DNA of 64,000 nucleotides from Vicugna vicugna (lineage: Eukaryota): the NCBI GenBank assembly GCA_013265495.1, contig MU058213.1, forward strand, positions 496,001 through 560,000, in the 5' to 3' direction. Every line of letters starts with the position of its first letter. Within the stretch, counting starts at the first letter, position 1. Positions 24,951 through 36,478 of this stretch are shown one piece after another. Under the pieces are notes generated by a model. That model saw only the letters and a program-made list of their open reading frames with translations, ran no database searches and was not told the origin of the DNA. A program made the position numbers and the translations under genes.

Positions 24951-25170
24951 GCAGCACTGTAAACATGCCTGGATTTTACTCTGGGATAAAGGGCTGTCTC
25001 TTGGTCACTCTGTTAGTCACTCTAAGAAATGTCATGTTCCCAAACAGCAGATCTGTTAGTCACTGTAAGGAATGTCGTGTTCCAAAACTATAGACCCTGG
25101 GTGGCATGTAACATTACCTTTGCCCCGATACCTCATTCCGATCATCTTGTGCATTATAGTGCCTTAGTAG

Positions 25171-25805
25171 TAGGGTGACCATTGGATTTATGGCCCATAC
25201 TGGAACACTTGAGAGTGGAGTGAGGGGATGCTTAAAATAATGAAAACAATATGAATTTCTGTGAAGTATTTATTGAACAAGAAGTTGGCTCTACTATATA
25301 CTATAAACCTCAAAAATAAATTATATTAAACCACACTAAAAACCTTTTGTATTGATTGTCCAAACATTTAAAACTAGCAAAAGCTAAATAATTACTCTTG
25401 GTACGAATTCATGTCCTTTTTCCAGTTTCTTACCCTTATCTGTCTCAAATACCATGTCATTGGTATTTTTATGAGGGGAGTATTTTTTCAAAATGGTCTT
25501 ATATTTTTCCCCTAAAATTGCCTGCCACCTTCTTTAAAATTGCATTTTGTGGTCAATCTATTTGAAAGTGCTGGTACTTTCTTTTGAATCTTCTCTGCAG
25601 ACTATTATTTTTAACTGAGAAAATACACTCTCAGGATACTTGGTTATTGTCTTAAAGTGGAAATGCAAAGGAGGTTTACCAAACTTAGTAATGGCAACAG
25701 TGATAATAATTATTTGTTCAGAAAAGCAGGAAAAAAATCGAGGATAACTGCTAAACCAGATGAGGTGCCAGAACAGGTGTAAGCCAGACCTGTCTTGGGC
25801 AGTTA
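25171..25805. mobile_element. hAT-Tip100-like (MER96B-related) DNA transposon relic
   Basis: Begins TAGGGTGACCAT...TTTATGGCCCATACTGGAACACTTGAGAGTG; right boundary and family uncertain. Confidence 0.5.
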
Positions 25806-27066
25806 CACAAAATGCCTACAGTTTAACATCTGCATAAGCGCACCTCTGTTAATTTACTCATTATTGGACCCAGATGGTTACTAGCTGACAGACCTCTGTG
25901 GTGAACCCTCCTTTCTTCTCAAAAGATGAAAACACATAAAGGGATCCATAAATGTTACCGGTTTAAGGAAGAAAATATATTAGTTAAAATACTAAGTTGG
26001 GAAAACTTGGCAGACGGGGAGCAGGAAGTAGATCCAAACTTTGAAGTATTGGGCATTTGGCAGCCACGAAAAATTTAACCAAATTGCTAAGTCTTAGGAT
26101 TATTTCTTAGTCACATAGGAACATTTTATGAGATAAATGATCCACATGTATGGAATTTATAGAGCTACTTCATTTGTACTGTAGACGTTTTGTGGAACTT
26201 ACGTATTTTTTCCTATAGAACAGTCCCGCTGTATCTGGAAGGACATTGCTTGTTGGGTCACTTCATAGCTGTTTGGGAGGCATCCACACGGCGAGGAACC
26301 AGTGAGGTTCCTTCCAATCACCGGACCCTCCCGACCAGCCTTCCCAGTCTGTGGATCACATATCCCAGCATGGTTCTGAGTATTTTACTGAAACATTTTC
26401 AGAAGGCTGTATTTTTTTTCTTTTAAAAATGCCTTTTCAAAAAAGTTTTTAAATGCACCTTCTCAAAAAATATTATTTTCCAATGGCCACTCTTCCCATG
26501 GAGAGAGTATTAATACCACCCCCCATATTAATATTGAGTCAGAAAATAATATTGTTCTAAGCAATTTACAGTAAAACAAACGTGCCTCAAACATACTGTG
26601 CTTATGCAAAGTACTCTGATAGCGATCATTTGAAAGCTATTGATGGAAAAAAATGTATTTTGGCACATGTTATAAGTTCTTTCCCTCTAGAACTCAGTTA
26701 TCAGAAAATCTAGATTCTATCAAGTAACTGTATTAACGGATTTGAATTTTATTCTTGCTTCTCCCTCTTTTTTCCCAGTTGTGGTTTTTTGTTTTTGTTA
26801 TTATTTGGTTGCTTTTTGTCAACAAAAGATAAAAGGCAGAGGCATTGAATGAACCATGGATGAAGGTAGTGTGTGGCATATGGCCAAATAGTATATAACA
26901 CGTGGAAATTACATTTCATTTAACCTAAAATAGACCTAAATAGGTGGAAATGACTTCACCATTTTAAATGTTTTTGTTTCTTCTCTCCATAGCTCTGAGG
27001 AAGAACAGAAATCACTGCTAACTGTACTGAAAAGGAAAAATTAAGTGACTTCCTCCACTGCAAACC

Positions 27067-27192
27067 ATGGCACTACCGTTCCGGAAAGACTTAGAAAAAT
27101 ACAAGGACCTCGATGAAGACGAACTCCTTGGGAATCTGTCAGAAACAGAGCTGAAACAGCTGGAAACTGTTCTGGATGATCTTGACCCTGAG
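27067..27192 (+). CDS. TMOD3: Tropomodulin-3 coding exon 1
   Basis: ACCATGG start; MALPFRKDLEKYKDLDEDELLGNLSETELKQLETVLDDLDPE; donor GAG|GTAGGT. Confidence 0.97.
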
Positions 27193-28405
27193 GTAGGTGC
27201 TACCTAGTAAAGACATGAAATAATTTTTCAAACCCTTTGATACTAAGTCGCTGCCTTTGAGCAGTTAGCTTCTTCATGACTTCCCTGGCACTGCCATCCC
27301 CCTTCTTCTCTTTACCCAAATGAACTTTTTGCCTCCTTTCCAGTCCCCCTACTTCTGCCTCACATCTCTGCGGATGTGACTGTTCTAAACTATTTTCTCC
27401 CACATCTCTATTTACAAACATCTCCTGAAATTTTCTCTCCTGTAAGAAACCTTTTCTCTCTGGGCGGGGAGCAGTGTTTTTGGTGAGACGCAGCAGATGA
27501 CTAGCTCTTCGATGTATGCCAGCCTCCATGCCTCTTCAGGGCTTCTGTCCCAGGATGGCTGCAGTGTAGAGTGTCTCGAGAAAGTTCTTCATGACCTTGC
27601 GGTTACCTTTCTGAAAGATGCTGGCCAGATTGGACCAAAGTTTCTAGTTATTGATAGACTAGATCTAAGTAGACTCTGGGCAGTGGAGCAGACCTGAATA
27701 TATGTATATATGTTTTATTTGCAAACTTGTTGTTTATCTTAAACAATACACAAGGCGATGGTAGAGACCCTTGACCCTTGAATTGTTATTCCCTGGGATG
27801 TATGGGGGTGGGGGACGGGTTGAAGGCAGTGAGGGGAGAACACGAAGGTTCTGGCTCCTTAACCTGAAGGTAATGGTTATTTGCTAGGCTTCTTTTGTTT
27901 ACCACGTTTTATTATGCCAAGACGTTGATTTCTTTTTAGTGCCTTTTAAGGATTGTGGTGGAGTTTATGAATGTGCTCTTGTCACTACCACACATTTATT
28001 CCTGCTGGAATGTTTTCAAATTTTTATTGAAAATTACACTTCTGTTCTCAGCATTACTTTAGCACCTGAGTAATGTGTCTGTACCATCAATCAAATCCCT
28101 TAACCATAATTGTTATTGTAAGGAAAAATTTCCAGTTCACCTGAGTGTGGGATAACTCAGAATAACAGTGCTGTTTTGCATGTCACAGTAGTAACTTCTA
28201 CGGGCAGTTCAACCTATCAGACCTATTTAAATCTAACGGTAGGAACATACAAGTTCATCCAGTCTAGGGTTTCTCAACCTTGGCACTGTTGACATTTGGG
28301 GCTGAGTAACTCTGCTGTGAGTCTGTCCTATGCATTGTTGGATGTTTTGCAGCATCCATGGCCTCTACTCACTGCATACCAGTAGCACACCCTCCTGTTT
28401 TAAAA

Positions 28406-29064
28406 TGTATCTGGGATTTTGTTTAGATAAGGTGTGGTAAGATGACAGGCATGGAGACAACTTGAAAGAAGAGTTTGTTACTCACATTTCTCAACAGCAG
28501 GAGGTGCGCCTAGCCATGCAGGCTCACACTTGGAGAAGCAGCTGGGTTGGGAAGCGGAGGGCATGAGGAGCAAGCACAGCCAGAACTTTTATTGTGGTTT
28601 CCAAGGGAAGGAATAGGAGAGACATGATAGGCCAGTCTGAGCAAGTTTAGAATTGGAGGGTTTGAATAATTTCAGTGGCTCTGGGCTGCAGGAGTGGTCT
28701 CTAATTGTCTGGTACCTGGCCCTGGGTGATTTAGGGCAGGGGAAATACTGGCTTGGTGTGTGAGAGATAAAAGAGGGTTGAGGGTATGGGCTCTGGACTG
28801 ATTGGTTTTTGTAAGGAAGGTGCCTGGTGGTGAGGTTGGGGGAGTCGTTTGCTATCCCTACAAATTAGTTAGCCCCAGGAGGGGCAGTCTTTCCAGGATT
28901 AGCAAGGCCTTCAAGATGTCAAAGCACTATAACATACAGAAAATAAAAAATGTGATTGGGGGAGGGAAATAGCTCAGTGGTAGGGCACATGCTTAGCCTG
29001 CACGAGGTCCTGGGTTCAATCCCCAGTACCTCCACTAAAAATTTATTTTTAAAGGTGATTAATA
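28406..29064. mobile_element. Solo ERVL-type LTR (MER76-like, tentative)
   Basis: Begins TGTATCTGGGATTTTG; contains GAGTTTGTTACTCACA and CTTTTATTGTGGTTTCC; fills the gap between the MER20 halves. Confidence 0.55.
28958..29053 (+). mobile_element. tRNA-derived SINE (camelid Vic-1-like)
   Basis: GGGGGAGGGAAATAGCTCAGTGGTAG...GAGGTCCTGGGTTCAATCCCCAGTACCTCC; flanked by AAA(T/G)GTGATT-like repeats. Confidence 0.88.
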
Positions 29065-32002
29065 TGCCCTCTCCCCAAATTATGACAGCCAAAAATATTC
29101 CCAGATATTGCCAGTTGTCCCGAGATGGAAATGCCCCTGATTGAGAAATATCGATCTTGCTCTTGCTTGCTCTCTGTTTCATAGATGGAAAACAAAAGTT
29201 AGGTGACTTGTCTGAGTTATTACAATTAGGGAAAGAACTGAGACTAGACTCCTGGCTACCTGATTGACCCCTGGCAGAGTCTAGTGGTCTTTCTGTTAAA
29301 CTACAGTGAGTCCCCTTGAACTCATGCCCTATGCTGTTGGCTTATATTTTCTTATTTGGAAATCCATGGCCTGCTTCTTGTATGGGGAGGCTTGAGTTCT
29401 AACAACTGGGTGTATTTTGAAAACTCTCCAACCCTAGTTGCAATCCCCCAACCTCAGATACTGTTCAATGAGGGTAGAAGAAGAGTGATATTTATTGATA
29501 GCTTTCCACTTGTTGGGTGAAGTTTTTGAGAAGTGTGCCAGTAAAGGACCAGGGAAGAAAGAGGGCAAAGGTGGCAGCAGCTGCTTCAGCCAGAGGAACA
29601 CACTGTACCTTACAGAGTCTCAGAAGGTAGGTAGAGAAGAGCAGATGAAGTTTATATATGGTGCCTTGTTTTATCTTGGAGGGCTATTTTACTTGTTGCT
29701 GCATTCAATATATATATTTGCTAACTTACTGCGTTTTCTAGAAACTTCTGTCTAAAAGACAGCCAGCCAACCTAGGCAAAAGCTATTTTTTTCATTTCCA
29801 GGGCTGCGAATATATTACTACAACAAAATTCCACTGCAAGGGAGAAGCATATAATTTTTAGTGGCAGTCATTTTGATGAGATTTTTACTTGTTAACTAAT
29901 TATGATCCATTAACTTACTTGATTAAAGTGTACTTCTACTAAAGCTTAGTTCATGGCCTCCAAAACCAGTTAGCTGTTATTTATTTTGTGGTCAAAGACT
30001 GTGTTTAAGGAGCCAGGGTTCTGGCTAACTTATCATTTAAAACCTCTGTGTTTCACGTGGGCTTGAGCAGGCAGGTGGAATTATGCAAGTCCATTGCTAC
30101 CACCATGAAGGAGCAGTATGTATGTATGTGCCTTATTGATGGTGATGGAAAGTAACTTATATTAATTTGCCTTATTGAGCAAAGTATCCTCAAATCTTTA
30201 TTCAGTTAATATTGGAGGGAGGGCAACCTATAGATCCCAGTTACTATGCTAGGCTTAGAGATACGAGAGTGAGCAAGACAAATGTGGTCTCTGCCTTCAT
30301 GATGCAGGCTGCTAGGAGTGGGGGGAGTTAGGCATTAATGACATAATCATGCCATAGTAATATAGGAGCATATGATGGGACGCCAGGAAAAGCGGGAAGG
30401 AGGGAATGGAGCTGCAGTCTGAAATATGAGTAGCAAAGAGGGATGGACAGAGCATTCCAGGGAAGGCCCTGTGGTAGAAGGAAGTAAATGGCAAGCACAA
30501 GGGAGGAACAAGAGCTGATGTGGCTAGAATGGAGAGGGCATGTGAAACGGAGCTAGGATAACTTTGCGGGTGGAAGTGGCGGTTGAAGAGTGTCAGGCAG
30601 CTGATCCAGGGAGACCAGCTGGGAGGCTAATGTACTATTCTGTCCCAGCTTGGATCATCATTTATACCAAAGTAATGGTATTGGAGGTGGAGAAAGGTTA
30701 GACAGTTTTTTAGGAAGTAAAAATGGGTAGTACTTGATGGTTGGTTGGAAATGAATTCTTGTGTTTAACTCTTGATTTCAAAATCTGAGGGTAGAGATCT
30801 TGTGTTCCTTTTTTATATTCCTAAGACAGTTTTCTGTTAGAAAAATATTCTTGGTGCATGATTAGGAACAGACCTCATCTTTATAGGTGAGCTTTCTGTT
30901 TAATGCATACTATTATATGGGGAGAACATAAAGGTAAGTTTTTTTTTAATTACTGTGGATCTCAGCAAATGGCCAGAGTTGAAGTACTATATTTTTCAGT
31001 TAAAAAATGAATATTTCCTCTTATCATTTTCCATATAAGATCACCATTTGTAATGAAAAATGATCTTGTAACACCCAGGAGATTCAGCATCATGGCCAGT
31101 ACTGGGAGATGTTGCAAAATAGGGTTGGCTGTTTTGTGTGACTTTTCTTGCTACTTCTCATTTTCACAGCAAAGAATACTTGAGAATAGTAAGACAAGGC
31201 AATATCACCTCCTTGACTTTTGACGAGCAAAAGAATGGACGTCGTGTTGCCTAGTCACCACTGGTTCTTCCTGGGCTTAGTGAATGTACAGAGCAGGGAC
31301 TAACAGGGACAACGTCAGTCCCTCACCTCCCATCTCTCCCCTGCTCTCAGTCACTCCATGAACTCAAAAGGGCTGTACCCATGTGGAAACACAGGGATGT
31401 CACTCTTCCCATGAATATCCCTGGATGTCTTGGTGCATGAGTAGCAGTGACGGTGGTTGCTGCAAATCCCTCCTAATGCTGACGTACACACACATAGAAC
31501 ACATTCATACACCTTGAAGTTGAACCTTCCCCACTGCATTTAAACACAAACAAGTAAACATTGCCTGATAGCCTACTGTATGTGTACATGTTTTTCTTAT
31601 GAGAAAGTCATGATAATGAAGTCATTATGAAAGACTATGATGTATATAGTCTTTTAACATTCTTTTATGCAGTGGAATTATTTTCTATATATACATATAT
31701 ACTGAGCTGTTATTATGCATTAAACGATATTTTTTATTACTGTCCCAGGACATTTAAAAAGTAAAGGCTGTTTCCTGCCAGTAGAATACTTTCTGAAGAA
31801 AATGTGATTGTGCCTATGTTAATAACATGTGAGTGAATTTTACCTAATAAAAAAAACCTTTGGAACACTTTTAAATTGCTGCTCTAAAATCCTGTAATGA
31901 AGTCTTGAATGCCTGCGTCACATTCTTAAATGGGTAATACCTGGAAGCATATAGTGTCGGTGTTCTTGATGGTCATAATGGCTGGCTCATTTTCTTTGGC
32001 AG

Positions 32003-32159
32003 AATGCCCTTCTGCCTGCAGGGTTCCGGCAGAAGAACCAGACGTCGAAGTCTGCCACAGGGCCATTTGATAGAGAACACCTCCTTTCGTATCTGGAGAA
32101 GGAAGCTTTGGAGCATAAGGACAGGGAAGACTATGTGCCCTACACTGGAGAAAAAAAAG
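32003..32159 (+). CDS. TMOD3: Tropomodulin-3 coding exon 2
   Basis: CAG|AAT; NALLPAGFRQKNQTSKSATGPFDREHLLSYLEKEALEHKDREDYVPYTGEKK; G|GTAAAC. Confidence 0.97.
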
Positions 32160-33249
32160 GTAAACAGAATTTTGAAGTCATTCAATAGCACTTGATTTTT
32201 CTTTTTTAGATAGGACTGGGGAAAATAGTATTTTTAGAGGTGCATATTGATAGCCTTAAAGATATAATACTATTCACCTGAAAAATTATTAGGTAATTTA
32301 GGGCATTCATGTACATTCACCAACTTGGCCAATAAGTTCCTTAATGATTTGTTAGTCAGGTTTTATTACACAGTGATTTTTCATTCTCTTTAGAACTCTT
32401 TAGTTTTCTCCTGTAACAAGTATTAAAAGCATACTGAGGTAAAATTTTAAATGTACTAGTGTATTAAAGAATGCAAATGATGTCAAAGTGCTGCTCTGTT
32501 CTAACTCCTGTCTTTAAAGTAGAATGCCGTAAAAAATAATTCAGGCCATATTTTCAAAGACTCTTTAAAGGATATCCTACAGCCTTCCTTATTAATTCAG
32601 TGCTTCATAACCATTATCATTATAATTGTCAATGCTTCATAATCATTACTTTCAGGAAATTCTTCTAGCCCAAGTCCCATTGCAGATTTTGTCCATAACT
32701 AGCCTCAGTGGAGAAAGAGTACAGCTGTATTTTTAAAAGCTCTCTATATAATAACATTTACCATGAAGTAGGTTAAGTTTCTCAGCTTTCAATACCGGTT
32801 GGCCTAAGAAGGCAGATCCTACTTGCACTGCTATTTAGAATACGGTTCGTGGAGCGCTGGGGAATGCTGGCCGCAGGAGGGCTGAAGATCAGCTCTTCCG
32901 GGCACTGTTTTTCTGTCTGAATCCTTAGTAGTCCAGGCGGGGAGAATGACTAGAGCACAGTGCTTTCTCCTAGTGAGGCTCTAGCCTTTTCTTTGGAAGG
33001 AAGCCCTTCTCAATAATCTGGCTGCAACCCTGTCACATGGCTATCCCTTAGCTGCAAGGGAAGGTGAAAATTTCTTTTTAGCATTTCCACCTCTGTGATA
33101 GAGGAAGGTTGTAAATGGCTTTTGAGTAGGTGTTCCACAAGATCTGCGTCAGGCCTTTTCAAAATTATCTGTCATCTCCAACTCCTCAGCTCTTTCTGTA
33201 GACCCCACTTCCCCCTTATCTCTAGTTGAGAATCACTACCTTAGATATT

Positions 33250-35559
33250 TGTATTAGTCAAGGTTTTCAGGGAATTGGAACCAAAAGGGTGTATGTGTGT
33301 GTGTATAGAGAGAGATGGATATATTTGTTCATTCATTCATTCCTTTTTTTTTTAAATTGAAGTATAGTTGGTGTAAAATGTATGTTTCAGGTATACAGCA
33401 CAGTGATTTCACATTTTTAAAGGTTACACTCCATTTAAATTTATTTTAAAATGTTGGCTATATTCCTGGTGCTGTACACTATATCCTTGTAGCTTATTTA
33501 TTTTATACATGGTAGTTTGTACTTCTTAATCCCCTACCCGTATCTTGCCCCTCCTCTCTTCCTCTCCCCCTGGTAACCACTAGTTTGTCTTCCATATCTG
33601 TGAGTTTGTTTCTTTTTTGTTATATTGACTACTTTTTTTTTAATTCCACATATAGGTGATAACATAACAGTATTTGTCTTTCTCTAACTTATTTCACTAA
33701 GCATAATACCCTCTAGGTCCATCCATGTTGTTGCAAATGGCAAAATTTCGTTCTTTTTTATGGCTGAGTAGTGTTCCATCGTGTGTGTGTGTGTGTATGT
33801 GTGTGTGTGTGTGTGTGTACACCACATCTTCTTTATCTGTTTATTGATGGACACTTAGGTTGCTTCTGTATCTTAGCTGTTGTACATAATGATGCTCTGA
33901 ACATTGGAGTGCTGTATCTTTTTGAATTAGTACTTTTGTTTTCTTCAGATATATATCCAGGAGTGGAATTGCTGGATCATATGGTAGTTCTATTCTTAGT
34001 GTTTTGAGGAACTTCCCTACTGTTTTCCACAGTGGCTGCACCAATTTACATTCCCACCAACGGTGTACGAGGGTTCCTTTTTCTTTACATCCTCACCAAC
34101 ATTTGTTATTTGTGTTCTTTTTGATGATAGTCATTCTGACTGGTGTATCTCATTGTGGCTTCAATTTGCATTTCTCTGATGACTAACTATGTTGAGTACT
34201 TTTTTATGTACCTATTGTATATGTTCTTTGGGAAATGTCTCTTTAGGTCTTCTGCCCACTTTTTAATCCAGTTGTTTGTTTTTTTTGATGTTGTGTTTTA
34301 TGAGCTGCTTATACATTTTGGATATTAATCCCTTACCAGTCATATCATTTGCAGACATTTTTTCCCATTCAGTAGGTTGTCTTTTTATTTTGTTAATGGT
34401 TTCCTTTGCTGTGCAAAAGCTTTTAAATTTACTTAGGTTCCACTTGTCTATTTTTGCTTTTGTTTCTTTTGCCTTAGGCAGCAGATCCAAAAAAAGTACT
34501 GCTATGATTTATGTTAAAGGGTGTTCTACCTATGTTTTCTTCTAGGAGTTCTATAAACCTGAAATAGTCTTACATTTACATTTAGGTCTTTAATCCATTT
34601 TGAGCTTATTTTTTTATATGGTGTTAGAGAATGTTTTAATTTCATTCTTTTACATGTAGCTGTCCACTTTTCCCAGCACCACTTATTGAAGAGATTGTCT
34701 TTTCTCCATTGTATGTTCTGCCTCATTTGTCATAAGTGCATGGGTTTATTTCTGGACTCTTTATTCTGTTCCACTGATCTGTGTTCTGTTTTGGTGCCAG
34801 TACCATATTGTTTTGATGCCTGTAGCTTTGTAGCATAGTCCAAAGTCAGGGAGTGTGTCTCCTCCAACTCTGTTCTTTTTTCCTAAGATTGTTTTGGCTA
34901 TTATGGTCTGCTGTGTTTCCATACAAATTTTAAAATTATTTGTTCTAGTTCTGTGAAAAATACCATTGGTATTTTGATAATGATTGCAATGAATCTGTAG
35001 ATGGCCTTGGGGAGTATGGTCATTTTACCAATATTAATTCTTCAAATCTGTGAACATGGTATATCTTTCCATCTGTTTGTATTGTATCTAATATCTTTCA
35101 TCAGTGTCTTTTAGTTTTCGGAGTACAGGTCTTTTACCTCCTTAGGTAGGTTTATTCCTAGGTATTTTTTTTTCTTTTTGATGCAGTTGTAAATGAGTTG
35201 TTTCCTCAACTGAAAGATTTGTTTTAAAGAATTTGCTCATATAATTGTGGAAGTTTAGCAAGACTAAAATCTGGAGAATAGGCCGGCAGGCTGGAGACCC
35301 AGGGAAGAGTTGCAGTTTGAGTGCAAAGGCAGTCTCCTGGCAGAATTCCTTTTTGCTCTCAGAGGAGATAGCTTTTGTTCTATTAAGATCTTCAGTGGAT
35401 TGGTTGAGGCTCACCACGTTTTGGCTTTACTCAAAGTCCACTGATTTAAATGTTAATCTCATCCAAAAAAGCGCTTTCATAGAAACCTCCAGAATAATAT
35501 TTGACCTGATATCTGGGCACCATGCCCAGCCAAATCGGCACATAAAATTAACCATCACA
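33250..35559. mobile_element. MLT2-like ERVL LTR split by an L1 insertion
   Basis: Starts TGTATTAGTCAAGGTTTTCAG; resumes near 35212 (GCAGGCTGGAGACCCAGGGAAGAG) and ends CATAAAATTAACCATCACA. Confidence 0.8.
33345..35205 (-). mobile_element. 5'-truncated L1 (about 1.9 kb) with disrupted ORF2 C-terminus
   Basis: Minus-strand ORF2 fragments ([47 protein letters not shown]...[11 protein letters not shown]) in separate short ORFs; poly(T) at the left end; internal (TG)n at 33781-33818. Confidence 0.92.
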
Positions 35560-36388
35560 CTACTTGCTGATGGTGCTGGAAGTGTCATGTTTCTCAGGTG
35601 TTTGGGACCAGAAAGAGGTTTGAAAACCAATGCATAGGTTTGAATTGTGGAGAATCACAAAGATAGACAAGTGCATCAGTACTTTGTATTTGTCATAGAA
35701 ATGACTGCTGTTTGTATTTCCATGTGTACAGCCATACCTATACCACTGTTTATAGCTTTAATCTTATTTATGTAGGAGAAGACAGTTTTATGAGATCACT
35801 TTTTACTATTATGTATGTTTCGGGTGGACTCTGGGGGTATAATTAGGAAGAATAGAAATAGAGGGAGAGATGTGAGAAAAAGAGATGATGGGAAGAATAT
35901 GGATTTGAGGACAAGGAGAGAAAATAAGAGATGTGAAAGAGCTGCATTTGTCCTAAGCTGGCCCAGAAAACTTCCCAGTGTGCTCTTGTTTCATGATCTC
36001 CGGTTACCTAGGAAAAGGTCTTGGAGGGTTAGAGGAGGTAGGAAAGAAGGTAGAGAAGAACTGTGGAAAATAAGAAGGTATCAAAGGGGAGAAATGGTAG
36101 AGGTGAGGAATATGGATGACATTAGAAAAAAATATTACATCCTTAACTGTGATGTAATAGTTTCTATTTCCTTTTGTTTTTTTTCCTATTTTTTACTTTA
36201 CATTTTAGATGGGTATGAAATAAATGGGAGTGGTTGAATTAAAAAGCAAGTAATTTTGTATTCACAACCAGTGGCTTTCTTTTTATAATATGTTCAGTAT
36301 TTTTGCTGCCTCTTTCACTATATATGTCTATTAAATACTATTAGCTGTGATGCAGTGATTACCCCTAGCATTTTTTAAAATAATGAAC

Positions 36389-36478
36389 TTTTTTTTAATG
36401 GAGGTATGGGGGATTGAACCTAGGACCTCGTGCATGCTGAGCATGCACTCTACCACTGAGCTATATACCCCACACCCC
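36389..36478 (-). mobile_element. tRNA-derived SINE (camelid Vic-1-like)
   Basis: GGGGATTGAACCTAGGACCTCGTGCATGCT...CTCTACCACTGAGCTATA; TSD-like TAAAATAATGAACTTTT / TAAAATACGAACTTTT. Confidence 0.88.

Larger units (their letters stand above)
28263..29152. mobile_element. MER20 DNA transposon split by an ERVL-type LTR and a SINE
   Basis: Left half TTTCTCAACCTTGGCACTGTTGACATTTGGGGCTG...CCAGTAGCACACC (28263-28394); right half CCCAAATTATGACAGCCAAAAATATTCCCAGATATTGCC...TTGAGAAATATCG (29066-29152). Confidence 0.8.

Noticed and set aside
28958..29036. tRNA gene calls for this and the related copies at 14572, 36389 and 56794
   Set aside because: A and B boxes are present, but the copies are mutually diverged, with A-rich tails and mostly TSD-like flanks, so they are SINEs.
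33841..34726. L1 ORF2-like peptides as protein-coding genes
   Set aside because: Fragmented, 5'-truncated L1 remnants.
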